DNA of 63,277 nt, counting the filler, from Octopus bimaculoides (lineage: Eukaryota), in assembly GCF_001194135.2 (NCBI RefSeq). It is 5 parts of 4 records of this genome, joined end to end, with 100 filler letters (N's around TTAATTAATTAA, not from the genome) between each part and the next. Parts side by side here need not be neighbours in the genome. Positions count along the whole stretch, not along the records: positions 1 to 6,191 come from NC_068985.1; positions 6,292 to 25,790 come from NC_068983.1; 3 more parts are not named here. One strand, written 5' to 3'. Positions 1-13,225 of this stretch are shown piece by piece. A program made the position numbers and the translations under genes. Under the pieces are notes generated by a model. The model was not told the DNA's origin, did not search any database, and saw nothing but the letters and a program-made list of their open reading frames with translations. Numbering within the stretch: position 1 is the stretch's first letter; every line of letters begins with the position of its first letter.

Positions 1-28
1 TATATATATATATATATATATATATATG

Positions 29-190
29 GGAGAATATACAAATAATAACAACAGACGAGGACAGGTGGTGTAAATAACAAAAGTATATATTAGTATGACG
101 CTCGGGAATACGGAAAGTCTTTGACGTTTCGAGCTACGCTCTTCAACAGAAAGAATACGGAGACAAGGAGAAAAACACGGAGAAAAAAAA
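29..190 (-). mobile_element. Penelope-like terminal fragment with minimal hammerhead-like motif
   Basis: Homologous to 8885-9030; minus strand TCTTT-CTGTTGA-A-GAGC(gta)GCTC-GAAACGTC-AAAGA at about 116-154. Confidence 0.45.
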
Positions 191-1039
191 TTGAATATAT
201 ATATATATGTACGTAAATATAGGAAGTAAAATATTGGCGGTTTATGTGTGTGTGTGCGAGAGTGAGCGAGAAAGTGCCTACGTCTCTCTCTCTCTATTAA
301 TGTTTGCTGGTGTAAATCAGTGAGCAGAGGCGTTGTATTCTTGTCCGTTAAGATTATTTATTTAACTTTCCGATTAAATAAATACGAGACTCAAATAAGT
401 ATCCAGTACTTTAGCAAGGCTGTAGTCAAGTGGCAGAAAGTCGTAAAATGATGAAAGAATAAAGAAAGAACTCAAGCAGAAATACTTTTAGACGTGTATT
501 TCTTGATAGATTTTGTATTTCGACCGCTATGATATATGTACCACCATTTTTAATATGGCGCTATGGATAATATTCGACATTCACTTCCGGTTGATTACCT
601 ATTTGAAGACGGGTACCCTGCTTAGAAGATTATTGTTGTTTAACCTGAAATCAATCCTGATCATCTTGAAATACGATTAATGACCAACATTTCTTTTTTT
701 ATCAAGAAATATAGTGCTTAGTTCGGCCTTTTCTTTGTAAAGGAGCGTTGGCTATGTATATACTTAAGTGGTTTGTAAACCGAAATGGTGCGAATGAAAC
801 AAAGCCTATTCAAAGTAGGTTGCTTACTGCGTTTAATCGCAAATACTTTTCAACTGAAGCTCGCTACCGTTAATACGATACGATACGATGTCAGTCTGTA
901 TTTATGCATTTGCAGCTATTCACTGCACAAGTTTGAATACATTATTTACACTTAAACTAAAAGTAATACTTTTGGCACCCTCACTGAGGTGGATCAAATG
1001 TAAAGAAAATGAGTTGTTACTACTCAGTCAACTTGATAC

Positions 1040-1375
1040 TAAATTGCTGTTGCTGACATCCTTTTGTCTCGGGAGACAATGGAGTTGCACATAATATAAT
1101 CCAGTCTGGTTTTCACTCCAGTTTTGCGCAGTTTTTGGGCTAGATGTAAGGAAATCCTGGGTAGCCCAATCGTCAAGATTCCTCTCTCGGCCTTGCTGAT
1201 GTAGTACAAAGGAGTGCAGAGCATTACGTTTGGTACCAGCTAGGTTGCAGCAGCTGCCGGAAAAGTGCCAAGTCGAACACGAAACCGCCTACAGGGCACA
1301 ACTCCGGATTTCTTTGAAGGTTGTCTCCCTTCCGTAACTCTGGATAGGGGCCCATGCCGGGTACTGTCAGCCACA
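1040..1375 (-). mobile_element. Degenerate LINE endonuclease-region fragment
   Basis: Minus-strand translation KTGVKTRLDYIMCN resembles the APE motif xxIDYI. Confidence 0.3.
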
Positions 1376-1672
1376 TAATTATCGCTGTTATTTTTGGTGA
1401 CTAGCATAGGTCAATCTTGACTGAGCAGTCATAGGGTCAAAGGCTATCTGACCTTTATCATCGCATCTTTTACTGAAATATAGCTTATCCAGTAACCCAT
1501 CATAAAATATGATTGATTTTATGAGACATGGCTGCTATTTCTATGCGACATGGCATCCGAACAGGAACCTCACTAATTCACTGCTAGAACCTCAATAAAA
1601 CTGATATGTGTTTCAGCTTACTTTCCCAACAGAAAAAATTACTTGCGAAGGAATAACATCCTGTCAGAAACC

Positions 1673-1693
1673 AGATAGATAGATACATAGATC

Positions 1694-1763
<70 letters not shown>

Positions 1764-1776
1764 CAGATAGACAGAC

Positions 1777-1831
<55 letters not shown>
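1673..1831. repeat. (GATA)n microsatellite running into a gap
   Basis: Directly visible. Confidence 0.95.
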
Positions 1832-2132
1832 NNNNNNNNNNNNNNNNNNNNNNNNNNNNNNNNNNNNNNNNNNNNNNNNNNNNNNNNNNNNNNNNNNNNN
1901 NNNNNNNNNNNNNNNNNNNNNNNNNNNNNNNNNNNNNNNNNNNNNNNNNNNNNNNNNNNNNNNNNNNNNNNNNNNNNNNNNNNNNNNNNNNNNNNNNNNN
2001 NNNNNNNNNNNNNNNNNNNNNNNNNNNNNNNNNNNNNNNNNNNNNNNNNNNNNNNNNNNNNNNNNNNNNNNNNNNNNNNNNNNNNNNNNNNNNNNNNNNN
2101 NNNNNNNNNNNNNNNNNNNNNNNNNNNNNNNN

Positions 2133-2171
<39 letters not shown>

Positions 2172-2770
2172 TTGAGAGAGGGGGGGCAATGGAAAGAGAA
2201 TACGTCGACTCAATGGAAAACAGCATTTTGTAACATATGGAAAGTAAATCATTCTGTATGTACATAAGTTTTTGCTGAGTTACAAGTATGATATTATTAT
2301 GTCATAAAAAAAAAATTAATTTAAATGTCTCTAAGTAGCGACAAATTGATATCATGATCAGAGCTAGTTAGGGGTTCCATGCAATGGCCTCTCAGAACAG
2401 CTGACGTTCTCAAAAAAATTACCCCTCAGAAGTATTGATTGGTGAAGAAAGGGATCCGCAAGGCTAAATTGACCTTAACGAAATTGCCTGAAGAACATGT
2501 GTGCAAGTCTTCCGAGGCACAACCAAATTAACCAATTTGATTACAAGCCATTAATTTACCGCTTGCATAAAGGAGCTACAATAAAAAAGGAAGTCAAGAA
2601 AACGAATAAAAAAGAAGTAATTTTAGCATTACATACTTCCACGTCCAATTCACAGAGAAAGGTACACACAAATAGAAATATTCAAATTAATGGAAGGCAG
2701 CAAATAAATGTAAAAGTTCCAATCATCTCAACAGTTTAAATCAATTTATAGAGCGCTCGAATTCTACAGC

Positions 2771-2833
<63 letters not shown>

Positions 2834-3456
2834 CACACGCACACACACGAGGGGTTCAATGTATAGAAGCCTTTAACTCTCACTGAAATGCTGTTCATTT
2901 CTCGAACCAATTCAAACATGACTGCATCCAATGATCATTTTACAAATTTTCCTTTTATTTCCATAAATAATAGTCTCTGCTCGAATAGGTCAGTGAAACT
3001 TTCCACTCTCTGCTCTTTGTTTTTACGCTTTTGTTTAATTTTTTTCTCCAACACCATAATGTCAGATCTAATAATTTATTGATAAATTTAATAAAATAAA
3101 ATAAAATGCAAAAATGTTTACATAAAAATCCGAAAGAACAGTTCAGTAATTATTGTATTATAATTTGTATATTTTTTTTGGCGATGTTTTTCTGCCTTTA
3201 TTCTTTCGCGTTTTCTGTTAGTATTATGGAATCCCATGATGCAAATTATGAGAGTAGTAGTAGTAATAGTAGTAGTTTGACGACACACAGCTTCGGTATG
3301 ATAGTACAAGCAGTCTTAATTCAAAATGACAAACTGTCCAATTGTTTATGAAATATAGTTTACGGCCTCTTTCTGTTCGGGTTCCATGTACAAATCATTC
3401 GACCACATGCCAAAACACTACAATGAGAAAACGACGACAACAGCACATTCACGCAG

Positions 3457-3520
<64 letters not shown>

Positions 3521-4469
3521 ACACGTGTGTGTACACATAGATAGACAAACAAACAAACGGTGATGGATAAATGAAGTACAATATTTAGAATGAACAAAAT
3601 TACCGGAATACAGAGAAGGGAACGAATCGAAAGAATTGACCTCAGTAAATGACTGGTATATTATTTTATCGAATCCCGACGGAATAAAAATGGAGTTGTC
3701 CTCGGCAGATTTTGAACGCAGAATATAAACAGCCGTGATTAAGTTCCACAACGTATTACATCAGATTCTCTAACCATTCTGCCAATGTATTATTTTGTAT
3801 TCGTAGTACAAGAAAAAGGCTATAGATACGTAGGTGAGTGTATGCTGTAGACTCGAATTAACCCAGCATATTATTCTTATATTTTCCTGGTTACAGGAAT
3901 ACAAAGGTGATGCTTACAGGATTTTTGTTCATAGTAAATATAGTATGGCATTTTATGCAGTGCTCTAACAATCAACCACCCAAAAGTAATGCTTCTTCTG
4001 TTCTTGCCTTTTCAAAGCCTCATCTGGGGATTGTCTGTACTCCAGGCTCTCAACAGAGACTCAGAGACCTGTGTGCTGGACGCATTTCAGATAATTGGTG
4101 AACAACTAAGAGGAACTCGATAACTGCTTGAAAAATATTTGGTTAAGGAGGGAATTTCTGAGAAAAGGCATTCTGATAGTGGGGGATCAGATGAATGGTT
4201 AGTGGTTATGCTTAGCGGTATTTCGTCTGTCTATTCTGAATTCAAATTCCGTCGAGGTCGACTTTAATTTTCATCCTTTCGGGAACGATAGAATAAGTAC
4301 CAGTTACGCAGTTGGGACAATGTAATCGATTATCGTCCTCCACCACAATTTCAGGCCTTGTGCCTTTAGTAGAAAAGATTATTATTATGAAAGCAGCAAG
4401 CTGGCAGAATCGTTAGTACGTAGAACAAAATCCTTAGCAATATTTTGTCTTTATGATCTGAATTAAAAT

Positions 4470-5001
4470 CTTGTTCTTCTTCTTCTTCTTCTTCTTCTTC
4501 TTCTTCTCCTTCTCCTTCTCCTCCTCCTCCTCCTCCTCCTCCTTCTTCTTCTTCTTCTTCTTGTTCTTCTTCCCCTTCTTCTTCTTCTTCTTCTTCTTCT
4601 TCTCCTCCTGCTCCTCCTCCTCCTCCTCCTTCTTCTTCTTCTTCTTCTTCTTCTTCTTCTTCTTCTTCTTCTTCTTCTTCNNNNNNNNNNNNNNNNNNNN
4701 NNNNNNNNNNNNNNNNNNNNNNNNNNNNNNNNNNNNNNNNNNNNNNNNNNNNNNNNNNNNNNNNNNNNNNNNNNNNNNNNNNNNNNNNNNNNNNNNNNNN
4801 NNNNNNNNNNNNNNNNNNNNNNNNNNNNNNNNNNNNNNNNNNNNNNNNNNNNNNNNNNNNNNNNNNNNNNNNNNNNNNNNNNNNNNNNNNCTTCTTCTTC
4901 TTCTTCTTCTTCTTCTTCTTCTCCTCCTCCTCCTCCTCCTCCTCCTCCTTCTTCTTCTTCTTCTTCTTCTTCTTCTTCTTCTTCTTCTTCTTCTTCTTCT
5001 T
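4470..5001. repeat. (CTT)n/(CCT)n microsatellite spanning a gap
   Basis: Directly visible. Confidence 0.95.
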
Positions 5002-5002
5002 C

Positions 5003-5665
5003 AGCAGCATTAGTGGTGTAGAAAAAGATGAAGAAGGCGAAGAGTCTCTGTAACTCCATGGTTAGGTCCTGGTAATTTGCTATTCTCTCTATACCTCTCA
5101 TATTGACTTTCTCATCATTTGGGACTAAAAAGTCTTTGTCTACTACAACTATTAAATCAGGCCTTCTAGCTTCTATTACTCTGTCCGTCTGAATGTTAAA
5201 ATTCCACTACATCTTATATTTCTTACTTTCTATTACTTTACTAGGTTCATGTATGGTCGAATCTTAGCTTTCCACATAACTCGTAGTAGATGATTGTCTG
5301 TAGGTTGTCATGTCTTTTTTGTATTCTTTCTGTGACAGCATGCTACATTCACTTACTATATGAGTAACACTTTCCTCTTTAGATTAAATATGACCTATAT
5401 TGGGAATCTAGATTGTTTTTGTCTATCTTGGCTTTTATCCAATTAGTACTTAATACTTTATCTTGAGCTGCTATTAACAAACTTTCTATCTCCCTTTTCA
5501 GCTTCCCTTCTTGCAACCATAATCATGTCTCACTACTACAATCTCCTGTAATTATCTCTGGGGATCTATTATTCAAACTCGTCTCTTGTTAATCAGATAT
5601 CTTTCTTCTTTTTTGGAATTTTAACTTCATTTGCCTTTTTGCTTTCCCTATATCCTACTGTGAAT
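5003..5665 (-). mobile_element. R4/Dong-like LINE fragment (zinc-knuckle region and restriction-like endonuclease)
   Basis: Minus strand SECSMLSQKEYKK-HDN, WNFNIQTD..EARRPDLIVV, GIERIANYQDLTMELQRL; frameshifted. Confidence 0.75.
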
Positions 5666-5668
5666 CCA

Positions 5669-5868
5669 GTGGAGGCGCAATGCCCCAGTGGTTAGGGCAG
5701 CGGACTCGCGGTCCTAGGATCGCGGTTTCGATTCCCAGACCGGTCGTTGTGAGTGTTTATTGAGTGAAAACACCTAAAGTTCCACGAAGCTCCGGGAGGG
5801 GATGGTGGCGAACTCTGCTGTAATCTTTCACCAGAACTTTCTCTCACTCTTACTTCCTGTTTCTGATT
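5669..5868 (+). mobile_element. tRNA-derived SINE (family A)
   Basis: A-box-like cagtggttagg, B-box-like gtttcgattcc; close homolog at 31743-32031. Confidence 0.8.
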
Positions 5869-5878
5869 GTTATTTCTG

Positions 5879-5914
<36 letters not shown>

Positions 5915-6126
5915 GTTCAGTAGTTTTATTTTTATAACGTGCTTTCACTTCACTACCGAGCGCAGCTCTGTGCGCCTTGGGTATGTGCTGTGGTTTGCTG
6001 TGGTGCTCTTATGTTTACTGTATTGAAAGTGTTTTGCGTAGAATGTGTGCAGTACCCAGTAGTGCAATTTTCTGTATGTTATATATATTTGTAAGTCCTG
6101 GTGTTTTTGTTATGTATTTGTCTGAA

Positions 6127-6128
<2 letters not shown>
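5915..6128 (-). mobile_element. R4/Dong-like LINE 3' end inside (ATT)n
   Basis: Minus strand SDKYITKTPGLTNIYNIQKIALLGTAHILRKTLSIQ*; (ATT)n on both flanks. Confidence 0.75.
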
Positions 6129-6191
<63 letters not shown>

Positions 6192-6291
6192 NNNNNNNNN
6201 NNNNNNNNNNNNNNNNNNNNNNNNNNNNNNNNNNNTTAATTAATTAANNNNNNNNNNNNNNNNNNNNNNNNNNNNNNNNNNNNNNNNNNNN

Positions 6292-6365
<74 letters not shown>

Positions 6366-7921
6366 TAGATAGGCATGCACGTTACAATTAGTCGCTTATC
6401 CAAATTACTAAATGGTTAAACCGAGACATACAATTCGTATTGGGAAACGGATAAAGTGGGGGTGAAAGAAACTGAAACCTGCATATTGTATGACTAAAAA
6501 TATGGCAAGGATACAAGGCACAAAGGTCATGGACGAAAGGCACCACCTAACTTTGCTATGCTATTTCATTCAAGACCTGCTGATATTATAGTAAAATTTT
6601 GCTCTAAGACTTAAGACTCGACCATGGCCTTCGTGATCACTACATGTGGCATAGGATACACTTTAAAGTTTCTCATTCATTTGTTGCTTCTTGGTTTTCA
6701 AAGTCTGCGACACTAGTTTCGCTGTGTATGATGGAGTAGCAAAATGGTATTAAATATCAAGTGATATCCAATATTGAGATGGTTGTGTATGCATCTATTA
6801 AATGTCATGAACGTATTAAAAACACATAAGCATCAATGAAATAAAGTAAGTCGTTTTATGTGAAATATGTGGGCGTGGGATAGAGATAAAGATATAGAGA
6901 GAGAGTGAGAAAGTGAGAGACAAAAAGAGAGAGAGAGAGAGAGAGTATATGTGATCAAGAAACTCGCTTTGGGTTCAGACACACATCGAGTTTAGTTCTA
7001 CTATATAACCCTAGGTCAATCAATATGAGTGAATTTGGTAGGAAAACAAACTATGTAGAAACGCGCAACCTGTATATGTGCGTGTATATGGTGGTGGCGA
7101 GTTTGTGTCTGTGTCTGTCGCTATGTCCTGTGTTTCACAACTAGTGTTGGTTTATTTTGATCTCTTAATCTACTGGTTCGGCAAAATGAGCGAATAGAAT
7201 AAGCACCAGACTTAAAACGAACCTAAGTATTGGAATCGAGTTGTTCGATTAAATATTTCTAGTGGCGGATCTCTGTTATTAAAGCTTAACGATACAGGTT
7301 GATGGCCAGTACTGTTAACTAGTATTTTAATATTCGAGTATAAGGACTCCTTTTTCAAGAGGGTTGTTTTGCATTGCTATTGTAACTAATGTGCGGTGTG
7401 CAGTGTAGATCTGAATATATTGTGTGCTTTTACACAGCATTAGTACAGGTGCTTTTACGTGGTACCGGTACGCATGATTTTCGTGTGGCACCAGCACACA
7501 CAAGCCCGCAAGATTAGTAATGTTCAGCTAGAGAGAGTTGCAGAGGACAGCCTCTATGCAAAGACAACCACGTAAGACATGCCTGTTACTTAAAATACCT
7601 ACTTTTATCCTCCTGTACCCGATCTTTCTTTTTGTAATATCAATGGAAAACTGGATATGTTAGTGTTGCTTTTACGTAGGTAATTTTTGGGAAAAAAAAT
7701 TCGAATACTTGCGAGATGGCACTTCCGATATACAATTCATTATATTAATCATACTTGATTTTATAGGTGTAACTAAAAAGACAAAGTAACGCCCTATGTA
7801 CTTTGCCCAACTGTCCGATCAAAGATGAATATATATATNNNNNNNNNNNNNNNNNNNNNNNNNNNNNNNNNNNNNNNNNNNNNNNNNNNNNNNNNNNNNN
7901 NNNNNNNNNNNNNNNNNNNNN

Positions 7922-7953
<32 letters not shown>

Positions 7954-8729
7954 ACACACACACACACGCCTCACAGCGTTCATACACATAATTTTTCTCG
8001 TCTGGCCGTAAAGCCTTTTCTGTTTGTTTTCCTGTCTTGTTTTTTGTCCGCCACTACATTCCTCCATGGCAAGATTTAATTTGCGTATACAAATTTAATC
8101 TGCGGTCCATGGGATGAGCCGTTTTAACGAGGCGTCCTGCCCAAGCTCTTCGAAACGCCGGTGTTAAAACGTGGGTAGCTGATGAAGTAGAATGTTCTCT
8201 ATGTGGCTTGTGTGTGTGCGTGTGTTACCTTTTATATTTCATTATATACAGGAAATACCTTGTGAATGATACGAAATAAATGCTGCAAAACCAACTATGT
8301 TGTGGCTCTTAGAAATAAAAATCAAAACCCTCTCACCTCATATCCTATAGCGTGTTAAATCCAAACCAGGGTGTTGGGATACTGTAAAACAAAATGTCTG
8401 CAATACACACAACCTGGTCATTTTTGTAATGCATTTAATTATTGAAGTGCTTAAACAGAACTGTCGAAGGGTTGAACAACAGCAATAAAGCTATTACTAC
8501 TTCTACTACAGTTATTATTATTGAAATTAACATCTGATCCTTCAGTCATTATCACTTTCATAACGCATTCTCAACAAGTGCATTGCGGCACACACGTGTG
8601 ACAAAAATATTTGTAGCTAATTAGCAAATACCATGATATTTAGAAAATTAAGTATTTTCAATGTATCAAACGGAAATAATGTGTACCGCTCGGCAGTAAT
8701 GCATAGTGCGTGCGTAGAACTCTATTCTA

Positions 8730-8736
<7 letters not shown>

Positions 8737-8822
<86 letters not shown>

Positions 8823-8832
8823 TGTGTGTGTG
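8737..8832. repeat. (TG)n microsatellite
   Basis: Directly visible. Confidence 0.95.
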
Positions 8833-8884
8833 CGTGCGCGCGCGTATGTTTGTGTCTATCTATCTGTCTACCTGAATATATATA

Positions 8885-9950
8885 TAGGGAGAATTCACAA
8901 TTAAAAACAAAAGACGAAGACAGCCAGTGTAGACAACAAACAGATGTATTACTTTAACGCTCGAGAAGCGAAAAAGTTGTTAGCGTTTCGAGCCTACGCT
9001 CTTCCACAGAAAGGAACACAGAAAGAAACAGGGAGAGAAAATAAAGAATGTGTAGTGTCTGCGATCTATCATGGCGAAAGCTGGACAGAAGGGTCGCACA
9101 GGAGAGCTAGGAAGAAGAGGAGATAATAAAGTAGCAGTGATCACAAAATGAAGGTGCGCGTGTGTGTATAAGAGAGCATGTATGTGGGTGTGGAAGAGGG
9201 CTGGTGACCTTGACGTGTGCGTGTATGCATGTGTAGGTGTGTGGATGATGGTGTGAGTGCTGCGAAGTGGTCAGTGCTAGTGTGTGCGTGATGGTGTGAT
9301 GTGATGTGGTGTCGTATGGTGGTGTGTGGTGTGGTCTGGTAATGTTGGGATGTGGGGAAAGCAAGGGTGGGGGTGTTAGGCTGGGGGAAGCGGTAGGGTA
9401 TATAGGAGTGGGTGTAAGGGATGGGGTATGGTGGGATGGGATGGGTTGGATTGTGTTGGATTGTGTAGTTACGAGGGAGGGTGACGATGAAGAGAGAAGG
9501 GGAAGGGGGAAAGAGGGTAGGAGTGAAGAGAAGAAGTAGGAGTCGAAGCAAGAGAGGAGAGGTTGCTAGGAGGAAGTAGGTGTGAGAAGAGAGAAGAGGG
9601 GATGAAGTTTAGATGTAAAGGAGAGGATAGTTGAGCCCATGTGGCGCAAAGGAGCGAAGAGAGAAGATTAATCCCTGTTCACGGTGATAATGTGTGCCGG
9701 TGAGGAGGGTGGTGTTGGAGAGTGCGGAAGTGTGGTGGGGAGCAGGGGAACGAGCCGGGTTGGGAGGTTGGGCTTGGGAAGAAACTGTGGACCATGAAGT
9801 CTGGTAGGTTGTGGGCTCGTTTGAAGAAGGGAAGGGGTTGGTTTGGGAAAATGTACGAAGTGGAGGGGTCGGACTGAAGTCGCCAGAAGGCTCGGAGAAT
9901 GGTGCGTTGGAGAAGTAGGGTGGTGGGGTGGTAGGTGAGGGGAAACGGGA
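8885..9950 (-). mobile_element. Penelope-like element fragment
   Basis: Minus strand LQSDPSTSYIFPNQPLPFFKRAHNLPDFMVH...QPGSFPCS resembles the PLE RT-to-GIY-YIG linker; terminal hammerhead-like core at 8985-9009. Confidence 0.55.
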
Positions 9951-10009
9951 GACGGCCTGGAATCGAACTCGGAATCTTGGGAGCCCGCGCTCTTAAACAC
10001 TACGCCATA

Positions 10010-10108
10010 TGCCGTAGTATTTAAGAGCTCGGGCTACTAACCTCAAGATTCCGAGTTCGGTTCCAGGCAGTGACCTGAATGATAATAATAATAATAATAA
10101 TAATAATA

Positions 10109-10141
<33 letters not shown>
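10010..10141 (+). mobile_element. Short tRNA-derived SINE with (AAT)n tail, head-to-head with an inverted copy at 9956-10004
   Basis: ccgtagtatttaagag...gagttcggttccaggc followed by (AAT)n. Confidence 0.65.
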
Positions 10142-10142
<1 letters not shown>

Positions 10143-13110
10143 GTTTTAAAAAACAGATCAAGATGAAACTTGTAATGAGGGTGGACGAGCCTATATCGTT
10201 TATAGATTAGTCAAGCTGTTTTTATTACAAGCATCACGGCCAAATCATTATTCTCAGGATCATTTTCTTTTTTTTCTCATATAAGTCTTAGAGACTTAGT
10301 AAAGTGTTGTCTTCAATCGATTTACTTTAACAAAATCAAAAGAGTGGACAATTGGTAAAGGACTATTAAACATCGACAGAATGTCCAACGGCTTTTGACT
10401 CCTTAGTTAAAGTTCCTAGTGAGGTTTAATGTACCTTTCAGCCTTTTAGGGTAAAAGATTACACAGTATTGTAGAAGGTTTAATAAACTAAATACATCCA
10501 CTTTCTCTGAGCATACTTCCTCTAGTTTAGAAATCACTATAATAATCTGATGATTTTCTTGGCGGGAGAGTCAGGAATTCTGTTTGTATAAAGATTAATA
10601 TTTTCTGAATAAATATTATTTAACGTAGTTTAGAAAAATCTACTGCCCTTCAACTGTTATACTGGAGAGCTCGTATGCCAATGTAAAAGTGAAAGTTTAG
10701 CAGAATAGTTAGTCTGAAAAAATGCCTAACGCCATTTATTCCAGTTCGTTACTTTCTCAGCCCCTATCTCGCCAAAAATAACCGTACCATTCATCCTTCA
10801 GACGTCAATAACGTAGAGTAACTGTCGTCTTCGGTAGACCATGTCATTGACAAATCATGCCTCTTCCCCCAACAATCGCTTGTTTTGATACTAGATTAAA
10901 AGTTATTATATAGTGCAGTGGGTTAGGGAAATCAATAAAGCTTTGGGTGAACATTTCGTTACTTAACTTCGATTCACTTAGTTCTGAGTTCAAATCCCGT
11001 CGAGTCAACGTTTCTGTTCATCATTCCAGGTTCGATAAAATAAATTACGTGTCAAATACTGAAGTCGATTTAAACAATTGACTCCCTACACGCCAATTCT
11101 GGCTTTGGGCCTAAATAAGAAACAATTATTATCATGATAACAATAATGGCCGAGAACATCTAGTGATTGTTGTTTGTGAAATGCCAAATGTTTTAAAATC
11201 TGAATATGGGGTTAGCAAGAAGCTTGTACTGGGCATCATGATGAAAACCATTGTACTGGCAAAGGCAAGACGGTTGAATACATACCACATTTCTTAATTA
11301 ATGTATGATCGAAATAAATGAAGCAACCAGGTAATAAAATCGAATCGACATATAGGATAGCAAAACAATATCCTACTTCAAAACGATCGATACATTCACT
11401 TACAAAATTTATATGAAAAAAAAGCACACAAGAAAGAAACAACCAAACAAGCAAAACATTTTGTTCTTTATATGTGATTATTATTCGAGAGAATGTGATA
11501 TTCTGAAGAATTTAATACCAAACACGTAATTATCTTGCCAACCATAGATTTTTAGCAACAAATTTTTATATTGAACTTGATTTTAAGCTGATATAGAAGA
11601 TGTTATTTACATTATATTATAACATATTGCGGAAGTTTATTTGTAATAGATCCCGCAATAAATGTATTGTTTAACGACAACACGGACAAGGATTTGTCTT
11701 CTTGTCATTAATTTAATAACAGCCTTCGTATGAAAAAAGTTACATTACTTTATATGGCTTTATACTGGAACCAATCTATTATTTCTTCTTTTTAAACGCA
11801 TAAAATAAAAACAATTAATTTTATAAATCTTCCATTTCAAATTTTAATTTGATTCAATTCATGGATCAAGTCAAACTGTATATTGCAAGAAAGAAATAAG
11901 CTAACAATGGAAACTCTATGCGGTCAATAAGTATTTAGAGATAGCAGTCAAAATTAAACCTTCTCTGCTCTGAAAATGAAACAACGGTCATGGCTGGATT
12001 GTCATAGGCTTGAATTGCAGTGAAATAGCAATAACATTATTCAGTCTTACCGTTGAATAATTTCATTCCTATGTTTGTGTATATGTTTGGGTGTGTTGCG
12101 TATGTTTGTACGTAGGTGTGTGTTAGTATATATTAGTTAGCTTTTGATTGCATGTTTGTTTTGATTTGAGTTTGAATTTGTTTGTGTTTCAGTTTGTATA
12201 TGGATGGGTGCATAAGTGCATGCATGCATATTCTTAAATATGAACATTAATAAAGAAGATAATAATATAAAATTATTTACTTCCTCATAGGAATTTGTCA
12301 GGAAATTACTGGCAGTTATGCTTTCCACGGTTACATGCCTAACTAGTATAAAAATAACACTAATAATATCTGGGTGTGCGTGGATGTATATGTGCGTATA
12401 TATGTGCGTGTGTGCGTGTGAAAGAGATATAGAAGTGTAGCATGTATAAGATACGACTGCACTCATTAACACATAAGTTGTGTTAAATTATGTAATAAAA
12501 GCAACATTTATTTTAAGATGGAAGGTAATTACAATTTCTTCTTTAATGTGATACTCTCCTTCAGGTCATTTCTGGCTTTCAAAATACTCGTAGTGCAAAT
12601 AAACAATAACCAACAGTAGAGTATACTGCCCAACACCGCATAATCAACATTTAATAGCTATCGTTTTTGAAATTCCTAAGAAGGAATGCTGGCTTGTCCT
12701 CTCTGATATCCTCCTTTTTAGGTAATGCTTAGAGAAAATTTAGACGTTTTAGCAATAACTGAAGCGTGTTTCATCAGCACATCAGGCATCGCCTACCATT
12801 GTTGCTCATTTATTAAACCCCACCAAAATAAAGCGGTAAGCTGGCAGAACCGTTAGAACTCAGAAAAAATGCTTAGCAGCATTTCTTCCTTCTGAGTTCA
12901 AATTCGGCTGAGGTCGACTTTGCCTTTCATCCTTTCGGGGTCGTTAAAAAATTACCACTTGAACACTGATGACGTTGTGATTGATTTATACCCTCCCTTA
13001 GAAATGCTGGTCTTGTGTCAAACTTTAAAACCATGATTAAACCATCAAAATATGCCCCTACGCTACCGCTTTGCATGTTTCAAGTAGGTGTTACGTGTGA
13101 TTCGAAACAT

Positions 13111-13123
13111 ACTACTACAACTC

Positions 13124-13195
<72 letters not shown>

Positions 13196-13225
13196 CTACT
13201 ACTACTACTACTACTATTACTATTA
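13111..13225. repeat. (ACT)n microsatellite
   Basis: Directly visible. Confidence 0.95.
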
